In this document: positions 60,989-64,000 of the stretch, one piece after another
Layout: each line of letters opens with the position of its first letter
Numbering within the stretch: position 1 is the stretch's first letter
DNA from: Takakia lepidozioides
Lineage: Eukaryota > Plantae > Bryophyta
Length of the DNA stretch: 64,000 nt
NCBI GenBank assembly: GCA_030704615.1
Contig: CM060731.1
Coordinates: 23,808,001-23,872,000 of the forward strand
Direction of reading: 5' to 3'
Notes under the pieces: generated by a model
Databases searched by the model: none
What the model was told of the DNA's origin: nothing
What the model saw: only the letters and a program-made list of their open reading frames with translations
Translations under genes and position numbers: made by a program

Positions 60989-63783
60989 ATGGATCAATCG
61001 AGGGCGCAGTTTTGGAGTGGGGTGATGGATGGGAGCTGGTTTGTGAACGTAGGCACAATGCCTTTTGTTCTTGGGTTCATGGTGTTGGTGGTGTCAGCCG
61101 TCTTCCTATTGAACGGAAGAGTCAATGCATTTATCGAAGGAAGGGAGAGCAGGCGAGCAAGAGCCCCCAAGGGCAACGTTTGGATTTTTCCATTGATAGG
61201 CGAAACTCTGTCGTTTTTGAGCCAGCCTGACAGCTTCATCGACAAACGCCGTATCAGGTTCTGTCCCCACTTTCTCTCAAATCTTCCCTTTAAATCAAGT
61301 GTAATATTACCTGGAACACATCTACTGTTTCGGATAGCAGACCTCTAGGCGGTGGTGGAATTCATATTGTGCTCTAGGACGGCCTACGAGGACCAACACT
61401 CGCTTCAACGCAAGCGGATTGTCACAGGCTGTGAGCGCGCTACATGGCAATTTGGGGTTGATTTGAATTCGTATCGTTTCACACATTCTAGCAATCTCAA
61501 AAACAGTCAATTGACCCCTGGAACGCTCAATCTCTCTCCGGTGAAGATTATGAGGGATGAAGGAAGGGAGAGTAGGAAATCATTTAGTGACGAGAACTGA
61601 TTGCATGGCAGATACGGCGACACGTTCTCAGCACATTTAATGGGCGAGAAATCAATCGTAGCCACCACACCGGAAGCTGCCAAATTTGTGCTGTCGACAG
61701 CACAATCCTCCTTTGGCACAGGCTACCCCTCAAACATCAAATTCATCATATCCGATACCGCCATGGCGGGAGACAAACATTCCAGGTATGTACAGTCCTA
61801 ATATTGCACATCATTTGTGTTCTGCCATACTTGAAGTCCACCATATTACACGAGAAACAGTGTTGTAAGTCTCATACATGGAGGAAAGATGGAGGGAAAA
61901 GAAAAGCACCCCGGATCTACAGACTACAGACCACCCAGTTTGTCACTCATCCCTTTTTGGCAACTGCGTGATTTGGCCTTGAACATGCTCACAACAGGTT
62001 GTCGTATTATACTTTTTAATACACATGGTACCTATGGTGGTCTGGCGTATACGTATGGCTTGCAGTATGAGGAGGTTGGTGCAGCCTACCTTGGTGCCTG
62101 AGGCACTACGAGAGTCAGTTCCCTACTTCGATCAGCTTGCTATCTCCACTTTCGACTCCTGGCAAAACAAGACTGTTAACACTTTTGACGAGACGATGAA
62201 GGTACTCATCCTCCTTTCGGGGTGTGTGTGTGTGTGAGAGCTTTCCCAGGTACCGAATTGTCAATGCTCACAACCAGGTTCTCCCATTTGCTAGACAGAG
62301 GGCTTTACTTTGATGGGTCCTGTACATCATGCCAGTATTGATTTACATATCACTGGTGTCGATGATTGAAATAGAGCATCGTGAGTCCCACTTTCCATCT
62401 GACTGTAAAGTTCTCCAGCATGTCGTAGTATTTTGGTGAGAAAATCTGCGACGCAGAGAGTAGGGAGGTCATTCACAGCCACACTGCAACATCTTTAAGA
62501 GACACTGAGGTTGTGGAAGAGATGCAGTAGCACAAATCAAATCCATATCCCATATGTACTAATGGATCCATCTACTTTTTGATCGTTTGAAGATACAATG
62601 ACTGAAAGGTAAAATTTATACTCTACACAATATGTTGTGGGTGGATGTTGCAGTATGCATTTTATGTGGCGGCTTACACGGTGTGTGGGCTTCTACCGGG
62701 CCCTGAAGCTGATCAGCTGAAGGTTGACTTTCACGTTATTCAAGAGGGACTTATGGGTATACCCATCAACTTTCCAGGTTTCGCTTACTGTTCATCATTG
62801 AAGGTGAGTTCCTCCCATTCAGGTCACATGGATTTCCTCTACTTAGATGACCCTTGCCTTTGAGCTTTTCTCTCTCACACTCACAAATGATTGGGAGGCT
62901 ATGACAGCCAGAGTCTACTCCATACAGCTTTATGACGTCTCTCGAAAGTTAGAATGTCTTGTCCGTGGACATAATCTATAGTTTATGAGACTGTTTCTCC
63001 TTCTCTTAAGAACACAAGGGTACATGAACCATTTGCTGTGTACTTGCAAATCTGTACATTGGTATATAAGAAATCTCTTGAATATGTTTTGTCATTAAAA
63101 GCACCATATATACTTACTGATTCTGGCTTGGACAGGCTGCGAAAGATGCATACAATATACTCTTTGGGGTGATTAGGAGATGCAGAGCGGCTGAGACTAA
63201 GCAACAGAATGTTTTGACTGCATTGCTGGATACGAGACTCAATTTGTCGGACGAAGAGATCAAAGGTGTCCTGATGGCCTTCATATTTGCTGGCCATGAG
63301 ACTTCCGCGACTCTTCTGGTTTGGATTGTCAAGTACCTTGAAGAGAATCCTCAGACACTGGAAGATCTCAAGGTATGTTTGAATTAAGTAGTATGTGAAC
63401 ATGCGTGGATCTTATAAGATGGATGGTGGTGTAGAGCTCTTGATTCTTCTGCACCACTTGTGCACATCTTATTTCTGTAGTTTTGCATTCGAGATTCGTT
63501 TGGGTGACATCATGTATACACTGTTTACCACATGTGTAAAGGTTGGCATCTCATGCTTGTTTCCTCTCGTATCCGTCTTCCTTTACCGAAGTAGTCTTGT
63601 ACGTCACACCAACAAACCTGTAATCTCACAATGTGCAATTGGAAAACATGTATGATGGTGGATTGGCCTCTGCGTGATGGATGCAAGGTTGAGCACTTCA
63701 AAATCCAAGCAGAAAAGGCGGCAATGGGAGAGGATGAGGCTTTGACACTAGCCAATACCAAAGCCATGCCTCTAACTTCAAGG
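60989..63783 (+). CDS. Cytochrome P450, CYP85 clan (CYP707-like), 5' part; exons 60989-61257, 61612-61785, 62066-62201, 62654-62803, 63136-63372, 63688-63783; continues beyond the window
   Basis: N-terminal membrane anchor, P.G....PLIGETL, PEAAKFVL, PINFPG, I-helix FAGHETSA and TKAMPLTSR. The heme motif is outside the window. Confidence 0.9.
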
Positions 63784-64000
63784 GTAAGTATGAATGCTAC
63801 CCATTTTATGTACTCATCACCAGATCAAGTACTGGTCCGTTTGCCAATCACAGAAACACACAAAGACAGAAGTAAGAACTTTGTCTGCATGAGCTGGTAT
63901 TAGAATCAGCCCAACTGTGGGGAAAACCTGAGTCCAGCATGACATAATTAGACTCTGGGCAGTCCTTTTGCCTGCAGTATGACAACAGTCCAGGTAGCTG

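Overview
Eukaryotic nuclear DNA from a land plant, probably a seed-free lineage (moss, lycophyte or fern). That assignment is an inference from the PLS/DYW PPR genes, a Phygy/Selgy-like gypsy element and RTEX-like LINEs. Positions 1-23.5 kb are a nested transposon block. It holds pieces of a large non-chromovirus Ty3/gypsy family with ~1.1 kb LTRs, an extra 5' ORF that starts inside the LTR, and a >1000-aa 3' ORF. A Mutator-like DNA transposon (GCM-like zinc finger, DDE, SWIM, two extra ORFs, 64-bp subterminal repeats) sits in the gypsy internal CACAG-repeat tract, and a local inversion appears to have rearranged the block. Positions 25-64 kb are genic: sphingolipid delta-4 desaturase, a 2Fe-2S ferredoxin-like gene, sulfiredoxin, a head-to-head pair of PPR-DYW genes and the 5' part of a CYP85-clan P450. 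Between them lie (CATTT)n-tailed LINEs and three cleanly bounded non-autonomous DNA transposons (piggyBac-like TTAA, hAT, Tc1/mariner). The most striking observation is that the PPR-DYW gene has upstream in-phase exons, missed by the ORF track, encoding a PDF motif (the ssDNA-binding motif of plant organellar OSB proteins). This gives a PDF-PPR(PLS)-E-DYW architecture, and the inverted paralog retains part of the same motif. All gene models and alignments were made by eye; no database searches were run.
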